Virus record (IMG/VR): IMGVR_UViG_3300025013_000109
Coordinates: 1-63,777 of that record
Length of the DNA stretch: 63,777 bases
Origin: a virus
Taxonomy: Duplodnaviria > Caudoviricetes
Strand: one strand, 5' to 3'
Below the pieces are notes generated by a model. That model ran no database searches. It was not told the DNA's origin and saw only the letters and a program-made list of their open reading frames with translations. The position numbers were made by a program, and so were the translations under genes. Below, piece after piece: positions 39,818 through 48,674 of this stretch. Position 1 is the first letter of the stretch. Each line of letters opens with the position of its first letter.

Positions 39818-40403
39818 TGCTCACCTCGGTATAACTGACCTCTTCAACTTGTACACCATATTTTTTCCGGAGTTTTGCCTGAATTTCTTTCAAATTTGCG
39901 ATAGGTTTTCTGCCGATAACCGAAACGTCGGTTGATGGCTCCAGGTCGAGTGGTACAATATCTTCCCAGGGCAGCGCTTCCGATTCATCTTTATCCAATT
40001 TGTTCACTTTTACCAGGGCCTGACCGGCACGGATCATGGCTTCGGCCTGTTTTACCTCCAGCAAACTTTCTGCATCAACGGCCATCTTATAACCTTCTCG
40101 GATCATGTGGTTTGCCGTGTGCCGGTGAAATTCGCGGCTAACGCTTTTCACGTTTCCTATTAATATTTTTACCCGTGGAAGATCGCGGTAAGCTGTTGAT
40201 TGGCTTACATCATAAGTTTCCGTGATGTAATTAATCATTTCACTGTCGTTTTTCTCCGGATGGGCAAGCCAGTGAACGTAAGCATCCCTGAGGCGGATGA
40301 TCATGTTTTGTTCGTCGGCATCAAAATGAACGGGGAGTTCAGATTGATCATCAAACAGGTATTTGTTGCACTTTTCCAGAAAACTATCGGTCTCTTTTTG
40401 CAC
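39798..40403 (-). CDS. Putative terminase small subunit
   Basis: HTH-like YDVSQSTAYRD; overlaps terL start. Confidence 0.6.
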   Translation of the reverse strand: MQKETDSFLEKCNKYLFDDQSELPVHFDADEQNMIIRLRDAYVHWLAHPEKNDSEMINYITETYDVSQSTAYRDLPRVKILIGNVKSVSREFHRHTANHMIREGYKMAVDAESLLEVKQAEAMIRAGQALVKVNKLDKDESEALPWEDIVPLDLEPSTDVSVIGRKPIANLKEIQAKLRKKYGVQVEEVSYTEVSNGEESE

Positions 40404-40680
40404 GGCGTTCGGCTAAGGTTTGTTGAGTGATCATTTGTTTGGCCATTTCTTCAGCCTGAGGGCTTCCATGTTTAGCCATTTTCACAATGTTAGTGTGGAT
40501 ATCCTTTTTGCTTTCAGTTTTTCCCCGGAAATAAGCGTTCCATATATTGCCTTTTTTTTTCCGGATATCGTTCATAAATTCAGCTTCGTCTAGATCCAGC
40601 AAAATGGCTATTTCTTCAGGCTCCAGGAATATTCCCGAAAACGATTCAATTTCTTTGAGTTGTACTTCAGTTAAATTCAT
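40384..40680 (-). CDS. Small HTH-like packaging-module protein
   Basis: 98 aa, EEIAILLD..AYFRGK..AKHGSPQA; overlaps neighbours. Confidence 0.6.
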   Translation of the reverse strand: MNLTEVQLKEIESFSGIFLEPEEIAILLDLDEAEFMNDIRKKKGNIWNAYFRGKTESKKDIHTNIVKMAKHGSPQAEEMAKQMITQQTLAERRAKRDR

Positions 40681-41173
40681 CCGGAGTTACTTTTAAACTT
40701 TCAGCATACCAGGTTTCGTAATGGATTAACATTGATTGATAATGCCAGGGATTGGTAATGATTACACCGGCTTCTTTTTTGTCGTTGATGTTCAGGTTCG
40801 CGCTGGTGATGACAAGCACTTTCCAATTCTCGTTTTCGATGAAAACCAATTTTGCATGAATGTTCGTCATCCCAATTTCGCTAACAACATTCGACGCGAA
40901 AAAGAGCAATCCAACACGGTACCGCTTTACGCTCAGGTCGAACAGACAGGTAAGCGATGTGATCATGCCTGATTCCTGAAGGTGCAGAAAACTCCGGATA
41001 GCAGTTTCGGTAATCGAAAACGAACTGATCCGGACTATGGCAGGCCCTGTCTGATCCAACAAATGGGCAATCAGCTCATGGGTCGAAAAATCAGCATCCG
41101 AAACGTATGGGATTGTGCTGTCAGGCTTAAGCCGTATTGAAATCTGATTTTTCAATGTCTTCGGTATAATCAA
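40667..41173 (-). CDS. Phospholipase D-like (HKD) nuclease
   Basis: IHAKLVFI..ITSANLN..E motif; true start may be slightly downstream. Confidence 0.75.
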   Translation of the reverse strand: MIIPKTLKNQISIRLKPDSTIPYVSDADFSTHELIAHLLDQTGPAIVRISSFSITETAIRSFLHLQESGMITSLTCLFDLSVKRYRVGLLFFASNVVSEIGMTNIHAKLVFIENENWKVLVITSANLNINDKKEAGVIITNPWHYQSMLIHYETWYAESLKVTPDEFN

Positions 41174-41882
41174 TTCCCCAACCTTCCAATTCTTTCATCC
41201 GGGCAGCAAGTTCATCCGCTTTTTTACCGGTTCCGTAAGTTCTCCGGATATAGGTTTTGTTGGCCTTAATGCGCTTCAGTTTATCAACGGCATCCCTTCC
41301 GGCCTTGTCGGCAATGCGCTGCTCCATGGCTTTATCTTTGTTTTCGGCCCACCACCGGTCAATATCATCCCAAAACTGGCGGACCGTCTTTTTGTTGTCA
41401 ATTATTTGAGCGCTCAGCTCACCACGGCGCTCCTTTTTCGTCGGTTCATCAATCAGTTGCTTCAGTTCAGCATGAAGCGTTTTGTTCTGATTCGACAATT
41501 CGCCGGCTTGTTTGTATTTATCCTGGAATACTGCAGGCAATTCTTCAAACCGTACAACCGGGTTCGCATCAATCGTTACCCGCCCTGATCCTCCGGTAGT
41601 TTTTTCAGTACCGACGACTTTACTCACTGCATTTCTTACTCCCTCCCCCCGCGGGGAGGGCCGGGGAGGGGCTGTAGTTATTTTTGCCTTTATCTCATAC
41701 ACCCTCGCGTAATGCTGCAATTTATTCCGGAGCATGTTAACATGGATTTTGCCGGGGTTTGGAGTACTCAAAAAATTATTTGCATCCTGGTCAACACCCA
41801 GGTTTTTGAAAATCCGGACACCAGCCGGGTAATCCTTCATTCCGGTGGCCAGGTAATTGGCCAATTCTTCCTGTGGGGTCAT
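41127..41882 (-). CDS. Hypothetical coiled-coil protein
   Basis: 251 aa; contains REP-derived APPRPSPRGEG. Confidence 0.7.
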   Translation of the reverse strand: MTPQEELANYLATGMKDYPAGVRIFKNLGVDQDANNFLSTPNPGKIHVNMLRNKLQHYARVYEIKAKITTAPPRPSPRGEGVRNAVSKVVGTEKTTGGSGRVTIDANPVVRFEELPAVFQDKYKQAGELSNQNKTLHAELKQLIDEPTKKERRGELSAQIIDNKKTVRQFWDDIDRWWAENKDKAMEQRIADKAGRDAVDKLKRIKANKTYIRRTYGTGKKADELAARMKELEGWGIDYTEDIEKSDFNTA

Positions 41883-41887
41883 GTTAT

Positions 41888-42118
41888 TTAAGTTGTTCGT
41901 TTATACCAAATAAAAGTAAATCCAAGTAGTGTACACCATAAGCAATTCTTTGGATTATAGAACCTCAAGAACCACAACCAGGGTTTTGGGGTCGAAAATT
42001 TTAGATTGTCATACCGAAGCAAACTATTCCAACTGATGTGCCATCTACCTTTATTAATTAACCGATACGATTTCCATATCGTTCCCCGATTGTATAATGG
42101 GTTCACAAAGTCTTTCAT
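41888..42118 (-). CDS. Small aromatic/basic hypothetical protein
   Basis: 76 aa, AT-rich, co-oriented. Confidence 0.45.
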   Translation of the reverse strand: MKDFVNPLYNRGTIWKSYRLINKGRWHISWNSLLRYDNLKFSTPKPWLWFLRFYNPKNCLWCTLLGFTFIWYKRTT

Positions 42119-42145
42119 AGTTCGTTTTTTTAATATCTTCTATTT

Positions 42146-42349
42146 TTAATTGCTTCGCTTGAAATAAAGTTCAACTGTTTGGCAGATTTTACTTATTTCC
42201 GATATTAATTCAACAGCAACATTTACAACTATATTGCTGCAATCTTTTGGAAGGGGAATAACCTCGAAATCAGTGAATCCTTTTAAAATAAGTTCTTCTT
42301 TGAATTTATTGACTTTATAATTATCGCAAACTATTCCAACCTTTTTCAT
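42146..42349 (-). CDS. Hypothetical protein
   Basis: 67 aa, 4-bp overlap with upstream gene. Confidence 0.55.
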   Translation of the reverse strand: MKKVGIVCDNYKVNKFKEELILKGFTDFEVIPLPKDCSNIVVNVAVELISEISKICQTVELYFKRSN

Positions 42350-42828
42350 GAGCCAACTCTTTCATTCGTTCCATCCCACACAAACTCATTAACTGGCAGA
42401 TGCTTTTGGCAGAAGCAACAGTAAGTTGCCCCGTAGAATTTAGGATCTCTGGCATAGGTTTCAGCAATGGTTAGGTTCATTGTAGTGAACGATCCACAAC
42501 CACCAATATTTTTTCCAACATTATCAACTTCTTTCTGTGTGAGTGCCTTACCTACTAAAGGAGATTCAGATTCAGGATAACGTAAGAAGGCAACATACTT
42601 ATCAGGATCGCCAAATCTGGATGCTTCTTCTCTTGATAGTGGTTCAATTGTTCCACCCTTCAATTCAGTTATTTTGCCTACATGAATATATGACCTCCTG
42701 ACAGGCCGGATAAATCCCTTGGCAATTTCTTCTGCAGAAAGTACCAAATAGACTTCGTTTTGTGGAACGGGTTGGTCGTCTGCTCCATGTCCAAGCCTGG
42801 GATCGCGGGAATCTGTTGTTAAACTCAT
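42346..42828 (-). CDS. Zinc-finger-like phage protein
   Basis: CG..T.M..IAETYARDP.FYGATYCCFC; likely start MSLTTD at 42828. Confidence 0.65.
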   Translation of the reverse strand: MSLTTDSRDPRLGHGADDQPVPQNEVYLVLSAEEIAKGFIRPVRRSYIHVGKITELKGGTIEPLSREEASRFGDPDKYVAFLRYPESESPLVGKALTQKEVDNVGKNIGGCGSFTTMNLTIAETYARDPKFYGATYCCFCQKHLPVNEFVWDGTNERVGS

Positions 42829-42926
42829 GATAATGGATTTATTATTTGTGCTAAACATCCTTTTTTTGTGCGCACAAAAAAAGGACGATAAAAAAAGCCC
42901 CGATTACCCAGGGCTTTACAATTCGT

Positions 42927-43757
42927 TTACTTTTCGAATCGCGACTTATCAGGAAACAGCTTCATAATTACCTTTTTAATTTCTTCGCTCATTCCTCCCT
43001 CCGAATTATTAAGGTATTTCTTCACCTTCATTTGGGCTTTCATATTTTCCCAGTTGGGATATGGCCGGTTAATGCAAAATCCCTGGTTGTTTTTCAAGTC
43101 CAAAGCGCTCCAGTACGGTAAAAAATCTTTAAACCAGTAGTTATAATAAATTTGCTCCAACACAATCGGATCGGCAAGCATATTATATTTTTCAACCAGG
43201 TATTTTACCTTGCTTTTTTCGAAACGGTGCGGAATATGTACCGCATAGTTCCATGTTGGTAAACCTTCCTGCTGTAATAACTTGAGGCTTCTGAGGTTGT
43301 CGCGGCCCCAAACAGTTTGCAGTGATAGCATTGGAGCCTTGCTGTTTAAATCGTTAACCGCTACGGGCAGGCATAAATCGGCATACATCACTTTATTGAT
43401 CAGGTAGATGTCGTCATTCATCCAGAAATATTCTTCGTTTACATCCGGGTGATTGATCACTGCCATGTGTTTGTGCAAAATATCGATGCGCGGGGTTTCG
43501 CCGGAATATTCAACCGGGATAAAATGAACTTCATCGGTGTTAATCCACTCCGGAAGTTCGCCAACGATCAAAATCCTGAATTTTACTACGGTCAGGTTTT
43601 TTTCGAGCGACCGGAGCGAATATTTCATTTCTTCCCATTGAACAAACTTTTTAACATTGGGGTATATCACATCAACTACACGTTCACCATTCCGGTAAGC
43701 GTCCAGTTCATTCTGGAGCTTCTTTATTTCATTTTCAAGTTTAATTTTTGTTGCCAT
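42927..43757 (-). CDS. Stealth-like glycosyl/phosphotransferase
   Basis: EEMKYSLRSLEKN, GELPEWIN, YFWMNDDIYL motifs resembling Stealth CR2. Confidence 0.7.
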   Translation of the reverse strand: MATKIKLENEIKKLQNELDAYRNGERVVDVIYPNVKKFVQWEEMKYSLRSLEKNLTVVKFRILIVGELPEWINTDEVHFIPVEYSGETPRIDILHKHMAVINHPDVNEEYFWMNDDIYLINKVMYADLCLPVAVNDLNSKAPMLSLQTVWGRDNLRSLKLLQQEGLPTWNYAVHIPHRFEKSKVKYLVEKYNMLADPIVLEQIYYNYWFKDFLPYWSALDLKNNQGFCINRPYPNWENMKAQMKVKKYLNNSEGGMSEEIKKVIMKLFPDKSRFEK

Positions 43758-43767
43758 TATTTAGGTA

Positions 43768-43800
43768 TAAAAAAAGCCCCCGAGTACTCGGGGGCTTTCT
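43768..43800. terminator. Terminator after capsid/tail-tube genes, built on the cccgagtactcggg palindrome
   Basis: aaaaaaagcccccgagtactcgggggcttt. Confidence 0.8.
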
Positions 43801-43817
43801 GATATTTCAAAGAGCGC

Positions 43818-44363
43818 TTAAACTCCCAAATCCATTGCTGAATCAACAGGAATTGCTCCTTCGTAAATTGGGCAGGGGCCAAAACCACTGTCAGCGATGG
43901 TGAAGGTTACACCCTTACGGTCGGTTACTGCAGTACCGGTAGTGTCGTTGGCCGAAACTTCAGCAGGAAAGGAAGGAGATCCGTGTAAACGGTATTTACC
44001 ATCATGTTCCTGATACACGAAAAACATTCTCCGGTTCTGAAATTTCAATGCAGCTCCCAGCGTTTTCTTGCTGGTAGTTGGGTAAAACCATGTAGCTGTA
44101 CGTTTAGTGCTTTTACCGTCGCGTTCGCCCTGGCTTTCACCATTTAAACCGGCAGTTTCAGCAGTTCCATACATCGAGTACATTGTTTTTCCGGCTTTCA
44201 GAACAATATCTTCGGTGATCACGATCGATTCTTCCAATGTTGCAGGAGCTGCCGGAAGTTCCGGGAACGATTCAACATCGGCAATAAAGCCGTAATAACC
44301 GATCGAGCGTAAACCGCCCATATTGTTCATGCCTTCCTCAAAATCTAATACATCAAAGTTCAT
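43818..44363 (-). CDS. Putative major tail tube protein
   Basis: 181 aa beta-rich protein right after the capsid gene. Confidence 0.6.
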   Translation of the reverse strand: MNFDVLDFEEGMNNMGGLRSIGYYGFIADVESFPELPAAPATLEESIVITEDIVLKAGKTMYSMYGTAETAGLNGESQGERDGKSTKRTATWFYPTTSKKTLGAALKFQNRRMFFVYQEHDGKYRLHGSPSFPAEVSANDTTGTAVTDRKGVTFTIADSGFGPCPIYEGAIPVDSAMDLGV

Positions 44364-44393
44364 AGTAGTTCCTCCTTTTTTAGATTTTTTAGA

Positions 44394-45449
44394 TTATACT
44401 CCGAGATCTGCACCCGAGCCGGTGTAATCTCCTGAAAGTTCATTACCAGTTACTGAACCATCGCTGATCATGAATCCGTTTTTGTTCAGATTTTTGATAC
44501 GCATACCAATTTCAAACTGGTTCCAGAACTGTACTTCGTTAGGATCTTCGAAAGGTGAACGGACCTGAACAAAACCGGCATCGCCGAAAGTGTTCATACC
44601 CAAATCGAGGTTACCAGGTTGGGTAAGCATCAGGCGATCTCCAATACCCAAACAGTAGTGCGATACAATCTGCAAATTAGGAATTCCGGCATCTTCCTGC
44701 AGCTGGGTGAGCAAGCTGGCAAAAGTCACATCCTTGTACGATGTTTTTTTGTTTTCCAGCGAATCTTTCACGTTGATCAGCGAATTGTAAGGAATATACA
44801 GAACGGCAGGTTTCTGACGCCATTTTGGATAGATGTTACGCAACCAGTCGCGAAGGCTGTTGAAAGCAGTCAGGTCAGTTGCATTGGCAGGAGCAGTCAA
44901 ATCACCGCAGGCAACCAGGTTACCTTTGGCTTCAGAAATGTCACCGGCAACAATCTCTGCATCGGCAAGGGTATAGAAACCATTGGCCATACCTTGTGGG
45001 GTTTGGTCGGCTACATTACGAACTGCATGGAAAAGGCAGTCGATAATATCTTCACCAACAGTGGTAATAATGTCGGCAATAATATCGCGTTCGAGCGGAT
45101 GTTGTTTGCTTTGATTATTAACCTTGTTTTTTGCAGCATCGAACAATACCTGTTTGGTACTGTAATTCGTAATGTTGTCCCGAATAGGAGCAACAGCACG
45201 GTAGGTTTGCAATTCGCGTTCGATCAAACGTGAAATTTCGTTTTTGTAGTTTATCGTTCCGGCCACGTATGGACGGGCAGCGCCGCCAGCACGTTCTTTC
45301 ACAATCACAATGTCTTTATTGTTCACCTCAAGCATCGAGATTTTAAGCTCTTGCAATACAGGAATCAATACAGCATAAGGGAGCAGCATGAAATCTTTCT
45401 GATAAGTTACAGCTGCCCTTTGTAGTCCGCTAATATTTACAGCATCCAT
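44394..45449 (-). CDS. Major capsid protein
   Basis: 351 aa directly after protease/scaffold; size and position typical. Confidence 0.75.
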   Translation of the reverse strand: MDAVNISGLQRAAVTYQKDFMLLPYAVLIPVLQELKISMLEVNNKDIVIVKERAGGAARPYVAGTINYKNEISRLIERELQTYRAVAPIRDNITNYSTKQVLFDAAKNKVNNQSKQHPLERDIIADIITTVGEDIIDCLFHAVRNVADQTPQGMANGFYTLADAEIVAGDISEAKGNLVACGDLTAPANATDLTAFNSLRDWLRNIYPKWRQKPAVLYIPYNSLINVKDSLENKKTSYKDVTFASLLTQLQEDAGIPNLQIVSHYCLGIGDRLMLTQPGNLDLGMNTFGDAGFVQVRSPFEDPNEVQFWNQFEIGMRIKNLNKNGFMISDGSVTGNELSGDYTGSGADLGV

Positions 45450-45457
45450 TATATAAA

Positions 45458-46852
45458 TTATTTAAGGGTTTTACCAAGGTATTCCTGTGATACAGCTTCG
45501 AGCTGTGAACCAAGGTCTTCGTGTTTAGAACTTACCGCGCCAGGTTTTACTGCGCCATCAACGTCTTGTTCTGTAACAGCAATGGCAGCTTGTTCGGCTG
45601 GTCCTGCTTTGAGGGTAGCGATTTCGCCCTGTAACGAGGCGATAGCCTGGTCGCGTTCGGTAACCAACTGTTCAGCGGCCGTTGCGGCCTCCTGGGCAGT
45701 TTGCAAACTGGCTTCAGCAGCAAGTCTGGCCGAATTTTCCAGTTCAAGTTGGTGTTCCAGTTCGGCTGAACCGGGTTCACCAATAGCAGTTTCGAGCGCC
45801 GTCATTTCATCTTCGGTGAAAGTGCGGCGACCATCGGCTTCGAATTCAAGTGAATCCTGGGCCAGGGCGGATTGGATTTTTGGAAACTTCATGGATGACT
45901 TAATTTTTGAATTATTATTTTCCGTCTGACCTCCTGAATTGGAAGCAGGGATTTCTTTTTTAGTGTAGTTGGCCAGCTCAATCACGCGGTTAACGGCATC
46001 GTCAAAACTTCCGATCCGGTCAACCAGTGAGCCTATCACTTCACCGGCCTGGAATGTGCGTCCATGCAGATGCTTATCTTCCACTCCCGAAAGTTGAGCC
46101 TTCATGTCGTTCACAAATTGAATCATATGAGGATTCAGTATTCTTTCTTTGGCAAGTTTGAAATCGAATTCATTAATGGCCGTTTCATATTCCTCGTTTT
46201 TTTCGAAAGCATCATCGGCATAAATGGTTACCTCGCGTTCTTTCATCATGTCTTCATCGCTTTTCGCAATGCGGCCCGAATAAACCAACATGGTACCAAT
46301 GCAACCAACCAGGTCGGTTGGTCTGGATGCAATACGCTCATTTGCAAACGCGCCAACATACATGTGCGCGCTGGCCATCATGCCATCGACCCACACTACA
46401 ATTGGTTTGGTACATTTCTGTATGGCATCGGTTAATTCCGGCACGGCATTGGCAGCACCACCCGGTCCTTCAATAATCATTACATGGCCAATTACCGATT
46501 CATCGTTATCAGCATTTATCAGCCTGCGGGCTAATGTTCTGGATCCAACCGGACCACATATCATATCGTTCTTCATCAGTACGCCACGTACCGGTAGTAC
46601 ATGCACTACTTTTTCGTAAGTAGGCTCATCAACTTCCGGAGCGTCATCGTCCTCGTCATCGTCCCAATAACTGGCGACTGGAGTAAGGGTGTTGGCTGAA
46701 ATGGCAAAAGGAATATTTTCTTTGGGTTCTGTTTCTTCAACAATCATGGCGCCGCCCAGCATCCCGCGAACGATTGGCATATATTGCTGTAATCCTCGTG
46801 CATGCAAATACCAGGGTGAACCAAAAATGTCTTTCGCGATAGAGTATTGCAT
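45458..46852 (-). CDS. S49-family prohead protease with C-terminal scaffold
   Basis: GPGG, MMASAHM, VGCIGT motifs; acidic coiled-coil C-terminus; start MQYSIAK at 46852. Confidence 0.88.
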   Translation of the reverse strand: MQYSIAKDIFGSPWYLHARGLQQYMPIVRGMLGGAMIVEETEPKENIPFAISANTLTPVASYWDDDEDDDAPEVDEPTYEKVVHVLPVRGVLMKNDMICGPVGSRTLARRLINADNDESVIGHVMIIEGPGGAANAVPELTDAIQKCTKPIVVWVDGMMASAHMYVGAFANERIASRPTDLVGCIGTMLVYSGRIAKSDEDMMKEREVTIYADDAFEKNEEYETAINEFDFKLAKERILNPHMIQFVNDMKAQLSGVEDKHLHGRTFQAGEVIGSLVDRIGSFDDAVNRVIELANYTKKEIPASNSGGQTENNNSKIKSSMKFPKIQSALAQDSLEFEADGRRTFTEDEMTALETAIGEPGSAELEHQLELENSARLAAEASLQTAQEAATAAEQLVTERDQAIASLQGEIATLKAGPAEQAAIAVTEQDVDGAVKPGAVSSKHEDLGSQLEAVSQEYLGKTLK

Positions 46853-46913
46853 AGTTGTAGCTTTTAAGCATACAACTTTACAATAGAACAAAGGGTAAAT
46901 AAAGGACTAAAGG

Positions 46914-47378
46914 CTATGGAAGGTCTGTAATTACAGGTGATTCGCTGATTGAACTGCCGGTCAAATTCACCATTATGGCATTAATTGAAGTTATTTGCCC
47001 CGGAATTTGTTTTTTTCTCAAAATTCTGACCGGAAAAACCAAAAAACTGGTATTATTCATATCGGTAACCAAAGCGGCATTCTTCCGGTTTTCGAAGGTT
47101 TTAAGCCCCGCGATGATTTCAGACCTGATTTTTGGAATCTGGATGTTAATTTCCTTTTTCCATACACTTCCGGCATTGGTCCTGTCTTCATTTTCACTGA
47201 ACGATCCGGTATCGGGAGTAAAGTATATCTCCTGAAATGCGCTGCCTGAATTAAAACTTAGATCATTGAAACTAATTTCACCGGCTAAAGGCTCGGGTAT
47301 TGTAAGCAAGTCGTCAAGTGCAATCAAACTGATATAACTTATACCTCCCAGGTTTTGGCATTCAGGTGCTGTGTTCAT
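46914..47378 (-). CDS. Hypothetical protein, tail-tube-like N-terminus
   Basis: NLGGISYI resembles NMGGLRSI of 43818..44363. Confidence 0.55.
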   Translation of the reverse strand: MNTAPECQNLGGISYISLIALDDLLTIPEPLAGEISFNDLSFNSGSAFQEIYFTPDTGSFSENEDRTNAGSVWKKEINIQIPKIRSEIIAGLKTFENRKNAALVTDMNNTSFLVFPVRILRKKQIPGQITSINAIMVNLTGSSISESPVITDLP

Positions 47379-47446
47379 GATGGCTGTTTTTTCTAATATA
47401 TATCACTGTATTTGATCTGCATTTTAGAAAAATATTTTTCGGATTG

Positions 47447-47971
47447 TTAAGCTGTTGATAATCTTTGTCTTAATATTCGCTTCGACCGTTCGCGTATCTC
47501 CGACTTTGTTTTTCGGTAGTCACGTTTTTTGATTTGGTCGAAGTTTGCTGTATTCATCCGCTGGTTTAAAATATCCAAAACCGATTCAATAATATCGAGC
47601 TGGCAAAGATTCATCGCATATCCATCCTGAAAGAAAACGTCAATCCATTTATTAAAAAATACCTCGATGCGGTCAATAATTTGCTCCTGGTCTTCCCTGC
47701 TAATATACACATACATGGTCTCCAGCGAGTACCAATTGTGAGGGGTTCGCGGTATCAGGATGTGAACAGGATTTTCGGACGGGATATGGTCAGGTGGCTT
47801 GGTCGATTTCGATAGAAAAGCATTGATCAGTTTCCCAAATTCGGTTTTTCTGGTCACTACTATTTCGGTCTGATCTTTGGGAGTTTCGGTAGCAAAGCGC
47901 AGAAAGGCTTCGAGAATGGGCGGAATATCGATAACTACTGAGGGCTTAATCGGTTGATTTTTATCGGACAT
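47447..47971 (-). CDS. Hypothetical protein at the early/late boundary (candidate late regulator)
   Basis: 174 aa, basic helical C-terminus; function inferred from position only. Confidence 0.55.
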   Translation of the reverse strand: MSDKNQPIKPSVVIDIPPILEAFLRFATETPKDQTEIVVTRKTEFGKLINAFLSKSTKPPDHIPSENPVHILIPRTPHNWYSLETMYVYISREDQEQIIDRIEVFFNKWIDVFFQDGYAMNLCQLDIIESVLDILNQRMNTANFDQIKKRDYRKTKSEIRERSKRILRQRLSTA

Positions 47972-48156
47972 ACGGAAATATTCATGGGTTAAAGGTTGAC
48001 TCTTAAAACCGGTGAATGAAGCGGACTAATATACATATAAAAATAGATATAGACTTGAATATTTATAAACTATTTCTCCGGACTGAATTAAAAAAGCCAG
48101 ACCCCGAGTGCTCGGAGTATCTGGCTGCGGTTGAGATGGTTTCAGCATCTAATCAT

Positions 48157-48417
48157 TTATCGCCCCCACTTTCTTTTGCCTGGGAAGTATATTGACTTTT
48201 TATCATCTGGCAAATTCATTCCTTGCCCTGCAACTTTCTGTATCAATTCAGGTGATAATATTTCGTCAGGCTTAAGAAATTTATAGCCTGAACATGGTCG
48301 GGTTGTGCAATACGATGCTCTTACCCATCCTAACTCATTTTCTTGCCATAATACTGCAACTTCCGAAATTTTGTTGTCTTCGTAGACTTGATGTACTTCG
48401 ATAATTTTGTAGCTCAT
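48157..48417 (-). CDS. Hypothetical protein
   Basis: 86 aa; followed by terminator-like hairpin 48089..48126. Confidence 0.6.
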   Translation of the reverse strand: MSYKIIEVHQVYEDNKISEVAVLWQENELGWVRASYCTTRPCSGYKFLKPDEILSPELIQKVAGQGMNLPDDKKSIYFPGKRKWGR

Positions 48418-48455
48418 AATTTTTGTTTTAAAAAGGTTTTATAATGGTATTGAAT

Positions 48456-48674
48456 CTATACTCCTATCCGTATCGGTCTCCTGGGTACCGGATAAACAAA
48501 TACTGCCAGCGCTTCAGTTTTGTTATCCGCAATAGTCTGGCCGGTTACCTGGTACCACTGCCCATGCTGTTCGATGTATTGACCGTTCATGATCAGGCTG
48601 CATTCCTGGCTGAACAGGTAATTGCCCACGGTAGGTGCTAACTGTTCGTTGCTGGTGTAAAAATCTACTTTCAT
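48456..48674 (-). CDS. Hypothetical protein
   Basis: 72 aa, 4-bp overlap with the MTase stop. Confidence 0.6.
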   Translation of the reverse strand: MKVDFYTSNEQLAPTVGNYLFSQECSLIMNGQYIEQHGQWYQVTGQTIADNKTEALAVFVYPVPRRPIRIGV

